This document shows, piece by piece, positions 37,770 to 48,934 of a DNA stretch of 64,000 nt. Origin of the DNA: an uncultured Verrucomicrobiae bacterium. GTDB lineage: Bacteria > Verrucomicrobiota > Verrucomicrobiia > Chthoniobacterales > UBA10450. Position 1 is the stretch's first letter, and each line of letters begins with the position of its first letter. The position numbers and the translations under genes were made by a program. The DNA lies in NCBI GenBank assembly GCA_963834385.1, contig CAWIBO010000002.1, forward strand, positions 704,001-768,000, in the 5' to 3' direction. Under the pieces are notes generated by a model that saw only the letters and a program-made list of their open reading frames with translations, did not search any database and was not told where the DNA came from.

Positions 37770-38976
37770 ATGTCCCGTCGTTTTATTTTTTCCTCTGAGT
37801 CCGTCGGCGAAGGTCATCCCGACAAGGTTTGCGACACCATCTCCGACGCCATCCTCGACGCCTGCCTCGCCCAGGATAAGACCGCGCGCGTCGCCTGCGA
37901 GACCTTCGCCAAGAGCCACACCGTCATCGTCGGCGGTGAAATCACCATCCCCAATCTGCCGCAGGGCAAAGCGCTCGAGATCGATCATTCCGATCGACAG
38001 CATCGTGCGCGATGCCGTGCGCGAGATCGGTTACGTGAATGACGACGACGTTTTTCACGCCGACAAGATCGACATCCAGAACATCATCACGAACCAGAGC
38101 GCCGACATCGTCGCAGGGCGTCGATGCAGACCGCCGCGGAAGGCAAGGGACACGCCGAGCAGGGCGCCGGCGACCAGGGTTTGATGTTTGGCTTTGCCTG
38201 CGACGAGACGCCCGAGCTGATGCCGGCGCCGATCATGTTTGCGCATCGCCTCGGCCGCGAGTTGACCCGCATCCGCAAGAGCGGCAAGGTGCGCCTGGCT
38301 GCGGCCCGATGCGAAGTCGCAGGTCTCCGTCGTTTACGAAGAACAACAAGCCGGTCGGCATCTCGAATGTGGTCATTTCCACCCAGCACGCGGCCGACGT
38401 GAAGCACCCGGAGATCAAAGAATTCTGCATCGAAGAAGTCATTCGCAAGGTGCTCCCGCGGCTCGATGATCGAATGGCACGACTGAGTTTCTCATCAATC
38501 CGACCGGGCGGTTCGTCGTCGGCGGACCGCAGGGCGACACCGGCCTGACCGGGCGCAAGATCATCGTCGATAGTTACGGCGGCATGGGCCGTCACGGCGG
38601 CGGCGCGTTCTCCGGGAAGGACCCGAGCAAGGTCGACCGCAGCGCCGCCTACATGGGTCGCTGGGTGGCGAAGAACGTCGTCGCGGCCGGGCTCGCGCGG
38701 CGTTGCGAAGTCCAGTTCGCCTACGCCATCGGCCATCCGCAGCCGGTCAGCGTGCACATCAACACCTTCCTCACGAACACCGTCGACGAAGAGATCATCG
38801 AGAAAGCCGTCAAGAAAGTCTTCTCCTTCAAGCCGGCCGACATCGTCGAGCAGCTCGACCTGCTCCGCCCGATTTACCTCAAGACCACCAACTACGGCCA
38901 CTTCGGCAAGGACGATCCCGAGATCACCTGGGAACGCACCGATAAGGCTGAGGAGCTGAAAGCCGCGGCGCGCTAG
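37770..38976 (+). CDS. metK: S-adenosylmethionine synthetase (several frameshifts)
   Basis: [48 protein letters not shown] spread across shifting frames. Confidence 0.95.
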
Positions 38977-39404
38977 CTTTAAGTCTTAAGCTTTAGGTTT
39001 TAAGAATGGCTTATCAATCTTTCGAAGACTTGGAAGTCTGGCAACGCGGTTGCCGGCTCTCCGTTGAGGTCTTCCGAGCGTTTGGTGCCTGCAAGGAGTT
39101 TACCCTGCGCGATCAAATCCAACGGGCGGGACTCTCGATTCCGTCGAACATTGCCGAAGGCTCTGAACGCGGCAGCACGAAGGATTTCGCGCATTTTCTA
39201 AATATTTCCAAAGGCTCGTGCGGGGAGCTGCGCACGCAGCTCTACATTGCGCGCAAGCTCGGCCTGATCACGAAATCCGCTTTCGACGCACTCGTCAAAG
39301 AATCACGGGAACTCTCCGCGATGCTCGAGGGACTGCGTCGCGCGCTGCTTAAGCGCGCCACAAGCACGCGCCCACTTAAAACTTAACACCTAATACTTAA
39401 AGCT

Positions 39405-39405
<1 letters not shown>
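38974..39405. repeat. 31-bp inverted repeat pair (38974-39004 and 39375-39405) enclosing the four-helix-bundle gene
   Basis: TAGCTTTAAGTCTTAAGCTTTAGGTTTTAAG versus CTTAAAACTTAACACCTAATACTTAAAGCTA; 26/31 complementary, 7-nt period. Confidence 0.88.
39006..39386 (+). CDS. Four helix bundle protein (23S rRNA IVP / TIGR02436-like)
   Basis: SFEDLEVWQ, LRDQIQRAGLSIPSNIAEG, FLNISKGSCGELRTQL. Confidence 0.95.
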   Translation: MAYQSFEDLEVWQRGCRLSVEVFRAFGACKEFTLRDQIQRAGLSIPSNIAEGSERGSTKDFAHFLNISKGSCGELRTQLYIARKLGLITKSAFDALVKESRELSAMLEGLRRALLKRATSTRPLKT

Positions 39406-40855
<1,450 letters not shown>

Positions 40856-40865
40856 TGAGTGATTC

Positions 40866-40902
40866 AAAAATAACGCCGCCGGAGCAATCCGGCGGCGTTT
40901 TT
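40866..40902 (+). terminator. Intrinsic terminator after ahcY
   Basis: AACGCCGCCGGA-GCAA-TCCGGCGGCGTT followed by a T run. Confidence 0.88.
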
Positions 40903-41037
40903 GTTGGTCCGTCCGCAGATTGCACAGATTTTCGCAGATTTCTGACGAAGCATCCGCTGTGTACGTGTGGAGCCGGGGCTCCACCGCTATTTCCTTGAGA
41001 GCCCGACAAGAATCCACGCGATTAGTGCAAGGATTTG

Positions 41038-41277
41038 CTAGAAGCGACTCACGATTGCGCTCTTCTCCACGCCCTTGGCCGCAGCAACTGCCCGAACGAT
41101 TCCATTCAAAGTTCCAACGCGAAGCGCAGTGTGTTCTGGGATCGAAATCCGATGCTGCCGCGGTTCACTGGTTTCAAGAATCACGTGGCTCCCCTCTTGA
41201 TTAACACGCCGGTAATCAAAGTGCTTGCACAGCACTTTGATCAGATCCGCTCCGCTAAGATCGCGCGGCAGCTTCAT
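41038..41277 (-). CDS. HicA-family toxin
   Basis: [32 protein letters not shown]. Confidence 0.88.
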   Translation of the reverse strand: MKLPRDLSGADLIKVLCKHFDYRRVNQEGSHVILETSEPRQHRISIPEHTALRVGTLNGIVRAVAAAKGVEKSAIVSRF

Positions 41278-41480
41278 GCCACCGCCACCACTTCATCTCG
41301 CACCAGGTGCAGACGAATGGCGGAAGGTTTCGGCTGATCGAAGAAATACGCGGCCACCGCTTCCCTGACGTTTGCCCGAAGCTGATCCCAGGAATCGCCC
41401 TGCGTAAAAATGTCATGCGAAAGGCACTCTCCCACAAATCCGCCGTCGGACTCCTGAGTGACGCTGAAGACGATTTCCAT
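41274..41480 (-). CDS. HicB-like antitoxin (short, partial RNase H fold)
   Basis: [34 protein letters not shown]; overlaps the hicA start. Confidence 0.8.
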   Translation of the reverse strand: MEIVFSVTQESDGGFVGECLSHDIFTQGDSWDQLRANVREAVAAYFFDQPKPSAIRLHLVRDEVVAVA

Positions 41481-41528
41481 AGAGAAAAGGATGACAGGTG
41501 AAAGCCCGCGAAACAAGACCGTCTTCAG

Positions 41529-41760
41529 GCCGAAGAAACTCGACGAAGAAGTCGCCCGCCTGCACCTCGAAAAAATCGGCGTGAAACTGACCAGGCTCAG
41601 CCCGAAACAAGCCGAATACCTCGGCGTGCCTGTGGAAGGCCCCTACAAGCCCGAGCACTACCGCTACTAGCCCCTAGCTGAGTGATTCAAAAATAACGCC
41701 GCCGGAGCAATCCGGCGGCGTTTTTTGTCTGTCCACAGATTACGCAGATTTACGCAGATT
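41529..41760 (+). repeat. Second, diverged copy of the ahcY 3' end, terminator and CAGATT repeats (direct repeat of 40705-40940)
   Basis: Encodes [46 protein letters not shown]; identical terminator stem. Confidence 0.95.
41689..41726 (+). terminator. Intrinsic terminator (duplicate)
   Basis: Same stem-loop as 40872-40899 plus TTTTTT. Confidence 0.88.
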
Positions 41761-41858
41761 CTTTGATGGGGAAAAGGACGTCCGGCCCAAGGCCTGTGTT
41801 CTGGGCGGATTGGCGGCGTGCTCGCCAAACGAAGTTCTCCGGGGCATAAAGGGCACCG

Positions 41859-42740
41859 ATGAAAAAGACACTTTGTCTTGCGCTCGTTCTCGTTTCGCTT
41901 GCCTCAGCGCTCGCGCAATCGGACTACGTCGAGGCCATCGAGAAATGGCGCAACGATCGGGAAATCAATCTCAGGAAGGAGACCGGCTGGCTCTCGTTGG
42001 CGGGATTGTTTTGGCTGAAGGAGGGCGTGAACACCGTGGGCGCCGGCAAGCAGTTCGACGTGCAGCTGACGGATAATTTCAAGCAGGGCAGGTTTGGAGA
42101 AATCGAGTTCCGGAACGGGGTCGCGACCTTGAAGGTGGCGGGCGGCGTCGCGGCCACGTCCGATGGCAAACCGGTTTCGACGATCGATCTCGTTTCCGAC
42201 GAGAAAGGGAAGCCGACGGAGATTCGCGTCGGGAGCCAGATGTTCTATTTGATCCGGCGCGAGGATCGTTTCGGCATCCGGCTGAAGGACAGCCAGAGCA
42301 AGGCGCGCTTGGCGTTCAAGGGCTTGAACTGGTTTCCGGTGGACGAGAGCTACCGCGTTTCGGCGCAGCTCGACGCCTACCCGGAGCCCAAGGATGTGAT
42401 GGTTCCAAACGTGCTCGGCGGACACTTCAAGATGAAAAGCCCGGGCCGCCTGCGCTTCACCCTGCAAGGGAAGGAATACTCATTGCAGCCCGTCCTGAAC
42501 GACGACGGCTCGCTCTTCCTCATCTTCCGCGACGCCACCAACGAGAGCGAAACCTACGGCGCGGGCCGATTCCTCGATGCCGACAAGTTGGTCAACGGCC
42601 AGACCACGCTGGACTTCAATAAAGCGGAGAACCCACCGTGCGCCTTCAGTCCCTACGCCACCTGCCCGCTCCCGCCGGAAGGAAACGATCTCTCCGTCGC
42701 CATCAAGGCCGGCGAAAAGCGCTACGGGCACGAGGAGTGA
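41859..42740 (+). CDS. DUF1684 domain protein
   Basis: GWLSLAGLFWL, LIFRDATN..TYGAGRFL, LDFNKAENPPCAFSPYATCPLPP..N.L..AIKAGEK. Confidence 0.9.
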   Translation: MKKTLCLALVLVSLASALAQSDYVEAIEKWRNDREINLRKETGWLSLAGLFWLKEGVNTVGAGKQFDVQLTDNFKQGRFGEIEFRNGVATLKVAGGVAATSDGKPVSTIDLVSDEKGKPTEIRVGSQMFYLIRREDRFGIRLKDSQSKARLAFKGLNWFPVDESYRVSAQLDAYPEPKDVMVPNVLGGHFKMKSPGRLRFTLQGKEYSLQPVLNDDGSLFLIFRDATNESETYGAGRFLDADKLVNGQTTLDFNKAENPPCAFSPYATCPLPPEGNDLSVAIKAGEKRYGHEE

Positions 42741-42926
42741 AAATCGGAAGTCAGAAATCAGACGGCCAGAAGCAGAGGTGATCGCCCGGCGAAAATGGAC
42801 CGGCCTTTACGCGAGCGACCTCGAGCAGGTAAACGCGAGCGGCGCGATCTGGCGAAGCAGACGAACCGGCCGCGCGTGACGCGACGCGTTGTGCGGGCGT
42901 TGAAATCCGGGGAGAGGCGGAGGTTG

Positions 42927-43006
42927 GCCACGGATTGACACTGATGAAACACGGATCCGACACCCAGGATTTCCTTTATCTGTGTTGATCTGTGTTGATC
43001 TGTGGC
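42927..43006. repeat. Decamer-built inverted-repeat hairpin (MITE-like)
   Basis: GCCACGGATTGACACTGATGAAACACGGAT ... ATCTGTGTTGATCTGTGTTGATCTGTGGC. Confidence 0.8.
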
Positions 43007-43074
43007 TCAGAAATCCCGGTTGAACCCCCCGGGGGTTGATTCATCTGCGGTTGGTGTGTTAAGATGTCTTACAC

Positions 43075-43272
43075 ATGAGAGAGACGGTTACGATCAGTCT
43101 TCCGAAAGAGTTGAGGCGCGGGCTCGAAAAGATGGCGAAAGCGGAAGGGGTAACGAGCAGCGAATACGTGCGCCGCGCGATTAAGGCCGATATTTTTCGC
43201 CGGGCGCTGCGGGCGGCGCGCAGAGGAAGTCGCAATCGCCATCTCCTCATCTCTCGGCATGGCGCGCCTTAG
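43075..43272 (+). pseudogene. CopG/ribbon-helix-helix protein, probably a truncated antitoxin
   Basis: TVTISLPKEL..LEKMAKAEGVTSSEYVRRAI; palindrome TGTGTTAAGATGTCTTACACA just upstream; no toxin follows. Confidence 0.65.
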
Positions 43273-43658
43273 CGATTCGTTTTTGAGTTGGAGGCGGAGA
43301 TGATTCGGACGCCGCGGTAGTTTGGCGGGCGGGGGATGGTGACGGTCGCCCGGATCGGGGTGAGCGCCTGGGTGCTCATTCCTTCCGGCGGTTGCGCCAC
43401 AAAACGAAACTCGTAAACGCCGTTTGCCCGCGGACGCGGGCCGCGCAGCTCCGGGTCGCTCCAGCCGCCGGTGCGGGTCCGGCCGCGCGCGGTGATCTGG
43501 AGACGGGGCGGCGAGGTGCGAAGCTCGCGCACCTGCACGTCGGTGACCCGATAGATCAGCTTGTGCCGGTTCTCGGTCCGCGGCGGACGCGGCGCCATGG
43601 CCGAGAAAAAGAGGGCGCCCAGCAGGAGAACAACGAGGGGGAAAAGTTTATGCCTCAT
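43269..43658 (-). CDS. Hypothetical secreted protein
   Basis: Signal peptide; TGGWSDPEL..GVYEFRFVAQPP..TQAL. Confidence 0.72.
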   Translation of the reverse strand: MRHKLFPLVVLLLGALFFSAMAPRPPRTENRHKLIYRVTDVQVRELRTSPPRLQITARGRTRTGGWSDPELRGPRPRANGVYEFRFVAQPPEGMSTQALTPIRATVTIPRPPNYRGVRIISASNSKTNR

Positions 43659-43744
43659 ACAAAGGGTTCGCGTCTCGCCGGCTCCCCGGTTTGCCGCAAG
43701 GCTCCATTTGCGCCCGGGCCCATCCTCATGTGTGATGCGGTCGC

Positions 43745-45043
43745 GTGAAAAATCGCCCGGCCGTCGCCTTCATCCTCGTCACCGTCATGCTCGACATGCT
43801 GGCGCTGGGAATCATCGTGCCGGTGCTCCCCAAGCTGGTCCTCAATTTCCTCGGAGGCGACGCCTCCGACGCCGCCAAATGGATCGGCATTTTCGGCACC
43901 ATCTTCGCCCTGATGCAGTTCGTTTTCTCGCCGGTGCTCGGCGTTCTCTCCGACCGCTTCGGCCGGCGACCGGTCATCATTCTTTCCAATGTCGGCCTCG
44001 GTCTCGATTACTTCGTCATGGCGCTCGCCCCCACCCTCGGCTGGCTGCTCCTCGGACGCGCCCTGGCCGGCGTTTGCGCCGCCAGCGTCAGCACCGCCAT
44101 GGCTTACATCAGCGATGTGGTCGCGCCGGAAAAACGGGCAGGCGCTTTCGGCATGATCGGCGCCGCTTTCGGGGTCGGCTTCATCATCGGCCCGGCCGCG
44201 GGCGGCTTCCTCGGACAGTGGGATCCGCGGCTCCCGTTCTGGGTTGCGGGCGTGCTCTCCCTGCTCAACGCCGTTTACGGCTATCTCGTCGTCCCGGAGT
44301 CGCTCGCGCGCGAGAAACGCCGGCCGTTCACCCTGCGCCGGGCCAACCCGGTCGGCGCCCTGGTCCTGCTCCGCTCGCACCCCGAGCTTTTCCAGATCAC
44401 CATCATCCAGTTCCTCGGTTTTCTGGCCCACGAAGTCTTCGAAATCTGGGCGCTCTACGCCATCTACCGTTATGCCTGGAGCACCGGCATGGTCGGCACC
44501 TCGCTCGCCCTCGTCGGGGTCATGTCAGTGATCATCTCCGGGTTCCTCGTCCGGATCATTGTCGCGCGGATCGGCGAACGGCGAACGCTTTACGCCGGCC
44601 AGTTCTTCGGCGCGATTGGCATGATGGTGGCGGGGCTCGCCCGCCAGGGTGGCGTTTTCATGGCCTCGGTCCCGGTCATCTCCATCTGGGGAATGTCCGG
44701 CCCGGCCGCACAGGGAATGATGACCCACCGCGTGAGCGAGAGCGAACAGGGCGAATTGCAGGGCGCCATCAGCAGCCTTCGCTCGGTCGCCGTCCTCCTT
44801 GGCCCCGGTCTTTTTGCCTTCACCTTCGCCTTTTTCATCAATCCCGAGTCGGCCTGGCATTTCCCCGGGGCGCCCTGGTTCCTCGCGGCCGCTCTTCTTT
44901 TCACGGCCATGTTTCTTTCCACGCGCATCGAGCGCCGGCCGGTCCCCGCCCGCCCCACCGCCGCCCCCACCGATACGGTCCCGCCGCACGGCATCACCTC
45001 CGGCGGCATCGCCCCCGATCCCCCCGCGGAACCGAGGGACTAA
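43745..45043 (+). CDS. TCR/Tet family MFS transporter
   Basis: [45 protein letters not shown]. Confidence 0.94.
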   Translation: MKNRPAVAFILVTVMLDMLALGIIVPVLPKLVLNFLGGDASDAAKWIGIFGTIFALMQFVFSPVLGVLSDRFGRRPVIILSNVGLGLDYFVMALAPTLGWLLLGRALAGVCAASVSTAMAYISDVVAPEKRAGAFGMIGAAFGVGFIIGPAAGGFLGQWDPRLPFWVAGVLSLLNAVYGYLVVPESLAREKRRPFTLRRANPVGALVLLRSHPELFQITIIQFLGFLAHEVFEIWALYAIYRYAWSTGMVGTSLALVGVMSVIISGFLVRIIVARIGERRTLYAGQFFGAIGMMVAGLARQGGVFMASVPVISIWGMSGPAAQGMMTHRVSESEQGELQGAISSLRSVAVLLGPGLFAFTFAFFINPESAWHFPGAPWFLAAALLFTAMFLSTRIERRPVPARPTAAPTDTVPPHGITSGGIAPDPPAEPRD

Positions 45044-45054
45044 CTCCGCTTGTC

Positions 45055-46022
45055 CTATTGTTGGCCGTCGCGGAACAGCAGCCGCTGCCAGTGTCGCCAC
45101 CGCAGCCGCGCCATTTCCCGGCGGCGACGCCGGCGAAAAGCGCGCGGGAATTGCTCGCCACTTCCGCCAGTTGTCCGCAAAGGCCGCGCGATCGCCCACG
45201 AACCGCGCGCACTGGGCCGAGACGGTTTCATAAACCCCCTCGTAAAAATCGGCCTGGGCATCCTTACTTCCCCCCTCGAGCGACGCCACCAGCGCCGCGA
45301 TCTGTTTCAGGCCGTCGGCCACGTTGCCGCCGGAACGGATCAGCGATGAGCTGTGGCTGGCCGCGTGTTCACGATAAGCCGCCAGCACGGCCTGCGTGTA
45401 GCGGCACCGCCCTGTCCGGGCCAGTCGCCACCAATAGTTCCAGTCGGCCACGTGCCCAAAGGAACAATCAAAATTGGCCCGCCAGATCGAATACCGAGCG
45501 GTGCAAAAGAACCGCCCCGGGATACACCGGGTTGCGTCGCCACATCATCGGATCGTAGCGGAGCCGGCCCTGGCTTTCCGGCCCGAGCGCCGGGGACTCG
45601 CCGAGGATCCGGTTTTCCGCCGTGACAATCTGGACGCGCCCAAACACCGCCAGCGCCTCCGGATCTTCCGCCAGCGCGCTTTCGAATCCGGCATAAGCGC
45701 CGGGGAGCATGTAATCGTCCCCGTGCAAAATCTGGATCCAGGGCCGCCCGGCCAGGGCGAGGCAGGCGTTGAAGTTCGCGCACTGCCCCATGTTCCGTTC
45801 GTGCCGATGAAAACGCACCGCCGGCGCGAACTCGCGAACCACCGCCGCCGGGTCATCCTCGGTGGAAGCGTCGTCGACCACCACGATCTCCGCCTGGTCA
45901 AGCGTGCCGGGCGGCTGCCGGCGGAGCGATTCCAGGGTGTCCCGGAGATAGCGCGCGCAATGAAAGGTCGGGATCATGAGGGAAAGATTGCTTCCCCCCG
46001 GCCCAAGACCCGCGCGCTTCAT
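45055..46022 (-). CDS. Glycosyltransferase family 2 (frameshift near 45470, probably another near 45160)
   Basis: IPTF..YL..TLES, EIVVVDDASTED, NFN, ILHGDD; shifted frame ADWNYW.R..AAYREH. Confidence 0.8.
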
Positions 46023-46047
46023 GACGGCGCCGAAAAAAGCGGCCCGG

Positions 46048-46788
46048 TCAGATGACCGGCGGCGGGTTGCGCAGTTTCACCGGCTCGGATTTCTTCCGGA
46101 GCTTGAGGTTCAGCATTTCCACGAAGACAGCGAAGCCCATGGAGAAATAGGTGTAGCCCTTCGGGATATGGAAGCCGAGACCTTCGGCGATGAGGTTGAC
46201 GCCGATGAGCAGAAGGAAGCTGAGCGCCAGCATCTTGATCGTGGGATGACGCTCGACAAAGCTGCTCACGCTCTCGGCGAAGATCATCATGGCCGCCACG
46301 GCAATGACCACCGCGATGATCATGACCGTGACCTGCTCGACCATGCCGACCGCGGTGATGACGGAATCGAGCGAGAAAACGATGTCGAGCAGGATGATCT
46401 GGATGAGGACCGACTGGAACGAGGGAGCGATCCGGGACTTGGTGTCGTCGCCGGGCCCCTCCAGTTTGTTGTGAATCTCGTGCGTGCTCTTGGCGATAAG
46501 GAAAAGGCCGCCGAGGACGAGGATGATGGCGCGCCCGGTGACTTCAAAGGCGAGCACGGTGAAGAGCGGCCGGGTCAGGCCCATGATCCACGAAAGCGAG
46601 AGGAGCAGCAGGATGCGCATGATCATGGCCAGGAAAAGCCCGATCTGGCGCGCCTTCTTCTGCTGGGAGAGGGGCAGGCGCCCGGAAAGAATGGAAAGGA
46701 AAATGACGTTGTCGATGCCGAGGACGATCTCGAGCATCGTCAGCGTAAGCAGGCCAATCCAGGCCTGCGGATCGGATAACCATTCCAT
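46048..46788 (-). CDS. TerC family membrane protein
   Basis: LEIVLGIDN, GGLFLIAK, DIVFSLDSVITAVG, IPKGY.YF. Confidence 0.94.
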   Translation of the reverse strand: MEWLSDPQAWIGLLTLTMLEIVLGIDNVIFLSILSGRLPLSQQKKARQIGLFLAMIMRILLLLSLSWIMGLTRPLFTVLAFEVTGRAIILVLGGLFLIAKSTHEIHNKLEGPGDDTKSRIAPSFQSVLIQIILLDIVFSLDSVITAVGMVEQVTVMIIAVVIAVAAMMIFAESVSSFVERHPTIKMLALSFLLLIGVNLIAEGLGFHIPKGYTYFSMGFAVFVEMLNLKLRKKSEPVKLRNPPPVI

Positions 46789-46916
46789 GGCGGCGCGCAG
46801 TTTCCGCCATCTTCCGGAAAATTGCGACTGGCCAGTGCAAAAAAATCACGCGGCGGCGGCGGCGCGAAGAGCGCTTGTCAGCCGCGAAGGGGCCGTCGAA
46901 AGTAGCCCCTCGCCGC

Positions 46917-47981
46917 ATGCCACGCCTGCCGAAGCAAAATTATCCCGACATCGAACGCATTATTGAGTTCGACTTTGTCCGGGCGACCGAGGCCGCCGCG
47001 CTCAATTCCCTGCGCTGGCTCGGGCGCGGCGACAAGGAGGCGGCCGACGCCGCCGCCTGCGACGCCATCCGCGGGATGTTCGACCTCATGAACATTTGCG
47101 GCGAAGTGGTCATCGGCGAAGGGATCAAGGACGACGCCCCTGGCATCTTCAAAGGGGAACAGCTCGGCACCTGGCTGCCCGGGTCGCCCCCGTTCCACAT
47201 CGCGCTCGACCCGATCGACGGCACGACCAACATTTCCAAGGGCGCCCCCAACTCCATCAGTTGTATCGCCGCGGCCAGCCCCGCCGCCGATGTCGAGGTC
47301 GCCCTGCGCGACATTCCCGCCTTTTACATGCGCAAGCTCGCCTACGGGCCGCGCGTGACCAGCTACATGCAAAAACGGGGCGATTCGCTTCACCTCGAGG
47401 CGCCCGTGGCCGAGACGCTCGCCATCGTCGCGCGCGCGCTCGACAAACGGGTGCAGGATCTCGCCGTCATGATGCTCGACCGGCCCCGGCACCAGGACAT
47501 CGTCGAGGATATCCGGCGCGCCGGCGCCTCCCTGCGCATGATCAGCGACGGCGACATTGCCGCGGCCATGGCCCCGGCCCTGCCCGAGAGCGGGATCGAC
47601 CTTTACATGGGCATCGGGGGCTCACCCGAAGCCGTCCTCGCCGCCGCGGGGGTCAAATGTCTCGGCGGCGAAATGCAGTGCCGGATGTGGCCGCGTGACG
47701 ACAAGGAGCGCCAGCAACTGGTCGCGGAAGGGCTCGAGAAGGATCTCGAGCGCATCTACACCGCCGACGACCTCGCCGTGGGCAAAAACATCGTCTTTTG
47801 CGCCACCGGCATCAGTGACAGCGCACTCCTGCGCGGCGTGCGCGCCCAGGGGCAGACCGCCATCACTTATTCCGTCCTGATGCGGGCCAAGAGCAAGACC
47901 GTGCGGTTCATCCGCGCGACGCACGATCTGCAGACGAAAACGATCCGGCTCCGCTCCGACAGCCGCGAGCACCGGATCTAG
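46917..47981 (+). CDS. glpX: Class II fructose-1,6-bisphosphatase
   Basis: TEAAAL, GRGDKEAAD, VIGEG, DPIDGT, DRPRH, ISDGD, GGSPE, ATGI. Confidence 0.95.
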   Translation: MPRLPKQNYPDIERIIEFDFVRATEAAALNSLRWLGRGDKEAADAAACDAIRGMFDLMNICGEVVIGEGIKDDAPGIFKGEQLGTWLPGSPPFHIALDPIDGTTNISKGAPNSISCIAAASPAADVEVALRDIPAFYMRKLAYGPRVTSYMQKRGDSLHLEAPVAETLAIVARALDKRVQDLAVMMLDRPRHQDIVEDIRRAGASLRMISDGDIAAAMAPALPESGIDLYMGIGGSPEAVLAAAGVKCLGGEMQCRMWPRDDKERQQLVAEGLEKDLERIYTADDLAVGKNIVFCATGISDSALLRGVRAQGQTAITYSVLMRAKSKTVRFIRATHDLQTKTIRLRSDSREHRI

Positions 47982-48068
47982 ATCGGCCGCGGCTGACCCG
48001 GGGCCGAGGCCCGGTCGAGAAATCTCTCGCTCGACAGCGGAATTGCGCTCTGTTCAAATCATCAAACT

Positions 48069-48512
48069 ATGCCGCTTATGAGACAAACACTGAAAACCGA
48101 ATTGTCGCCCGATAACGGCGCTGTCATTGACACGAAATGGAAGGTCGGACCGCTTTCCTACCACGCTTCTGCCGTCGAAATCGAATCGAACGACGTGCTC
48201 CGCGAAGTGCCGCCGATGCCGGAAGTGATCATTTATGACCATATCGGGTTCAAAGGCGCCACGGCCCGGACCAACCTCTCCTTTCTCTACCTGGGCGACT
48301 TCTGGAACGACCGCATCTCCTCGCTCATCATCGTCAGCGGTATCTGGCGTTTTTACCGGGACGACTATTACAAGGGCGATTGCTGGGAACTCGGGCCCGG
48401 CTTTTACGAATCCTTCTTCAAGGAAAAGGGACCGGACGACGTCATCAGCTCGTTCAAGGCGGTGGCCCTGACCTGGGGTCGCGCCGGCCAGGCACCCGCC
48501 TCGGAGGCCTAG
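48069..48512 (+). CDS. Beta/gamma-crystallin domain protein
   Basis: IYDHIGFKG, WNDRISS..VSG.W.FY.D..YKG, LGPG.Y, DDVISS. Confidence 0.82.
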   Translation: MPLMRQTLKTELSPDNGAVIDTKWKVGPLSYHASAVEIESNDVLREVPPMPEVIIYDHIGFKGATARTNLSFLYLGDFWNDRISSLIIVSGIWRFYRDDYYKGDCWELGPGFYESFFKEKGPDDVISSFKAVALTWGRAGQAPASEA

Positions 48513-48521
48513 GAGAGACCA

Positions 48522-48887
48522 ATGCCACGGATGGAGCGGAGAACAGGCCGAGCCGCGGCCGCGTTCCCGTCCGGGCGGGGGAAGATCCTCCTCGTCCTGC
48601 TCTGCGCCGCGGTCCTCGCCCTGACGGCCGCCTGCGATAAGCCGGCTGACCGCCTGCAGGGACGCTGGCGCACCACCGGGGAGGGCGCCACGCTCGTTTA
48701 CGAATTCGGGCCAAAGGGGCGCGTCATCGTGGGAACCGATCCCGGCCAGTACTCCTTCGGCGACAACGACCGGCTCAAGGTGCAAACGCGGTTCGCCACC
48801 TATGTCTACCGGTACAGTGTCGAGGGCGACCGTCTCACCCTGCAGGATACCTCGGGTGCCACCCGGGTCCTGGAGCGGGCGCCCTGA
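48522..48887 (+). CDS. Hypothetical lipoprotein
   Basis: Lipobox-like TAAC; LQGRW..YSVEGDRLTL. Confidence 0.7.
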   Translation: MPRMERRTGRAAAAFPSGRGKILLVLLCAAVLALTAACDKPADRLQGRWRTTGEGATLVYEFGPKGRVIVGTDPGQYSFGDNDRLKVQTRFATYVYRYSVEGDRLTLQDTSGATRVLERAP

Positions 48888-48934
48888 GGCGCCGAAAAGG
48901 TGCGGAGCCCCGCCCTTTCGTTTAAGGTCCCTGC

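Noticed and set aside
37690..37770. SAM/SAH riboswitch upstream of metK
   Set aside because: No recognisable aptamer consensus; the space is occupied by operator-like palindromes and a heptamer hairpin.
43745..45043. Acquired tetracycline-resistance gene
   Set aside because: Generic TCR/Tet MFS with host-like codon usage, no tetR and no mobile context; substrate unknown.
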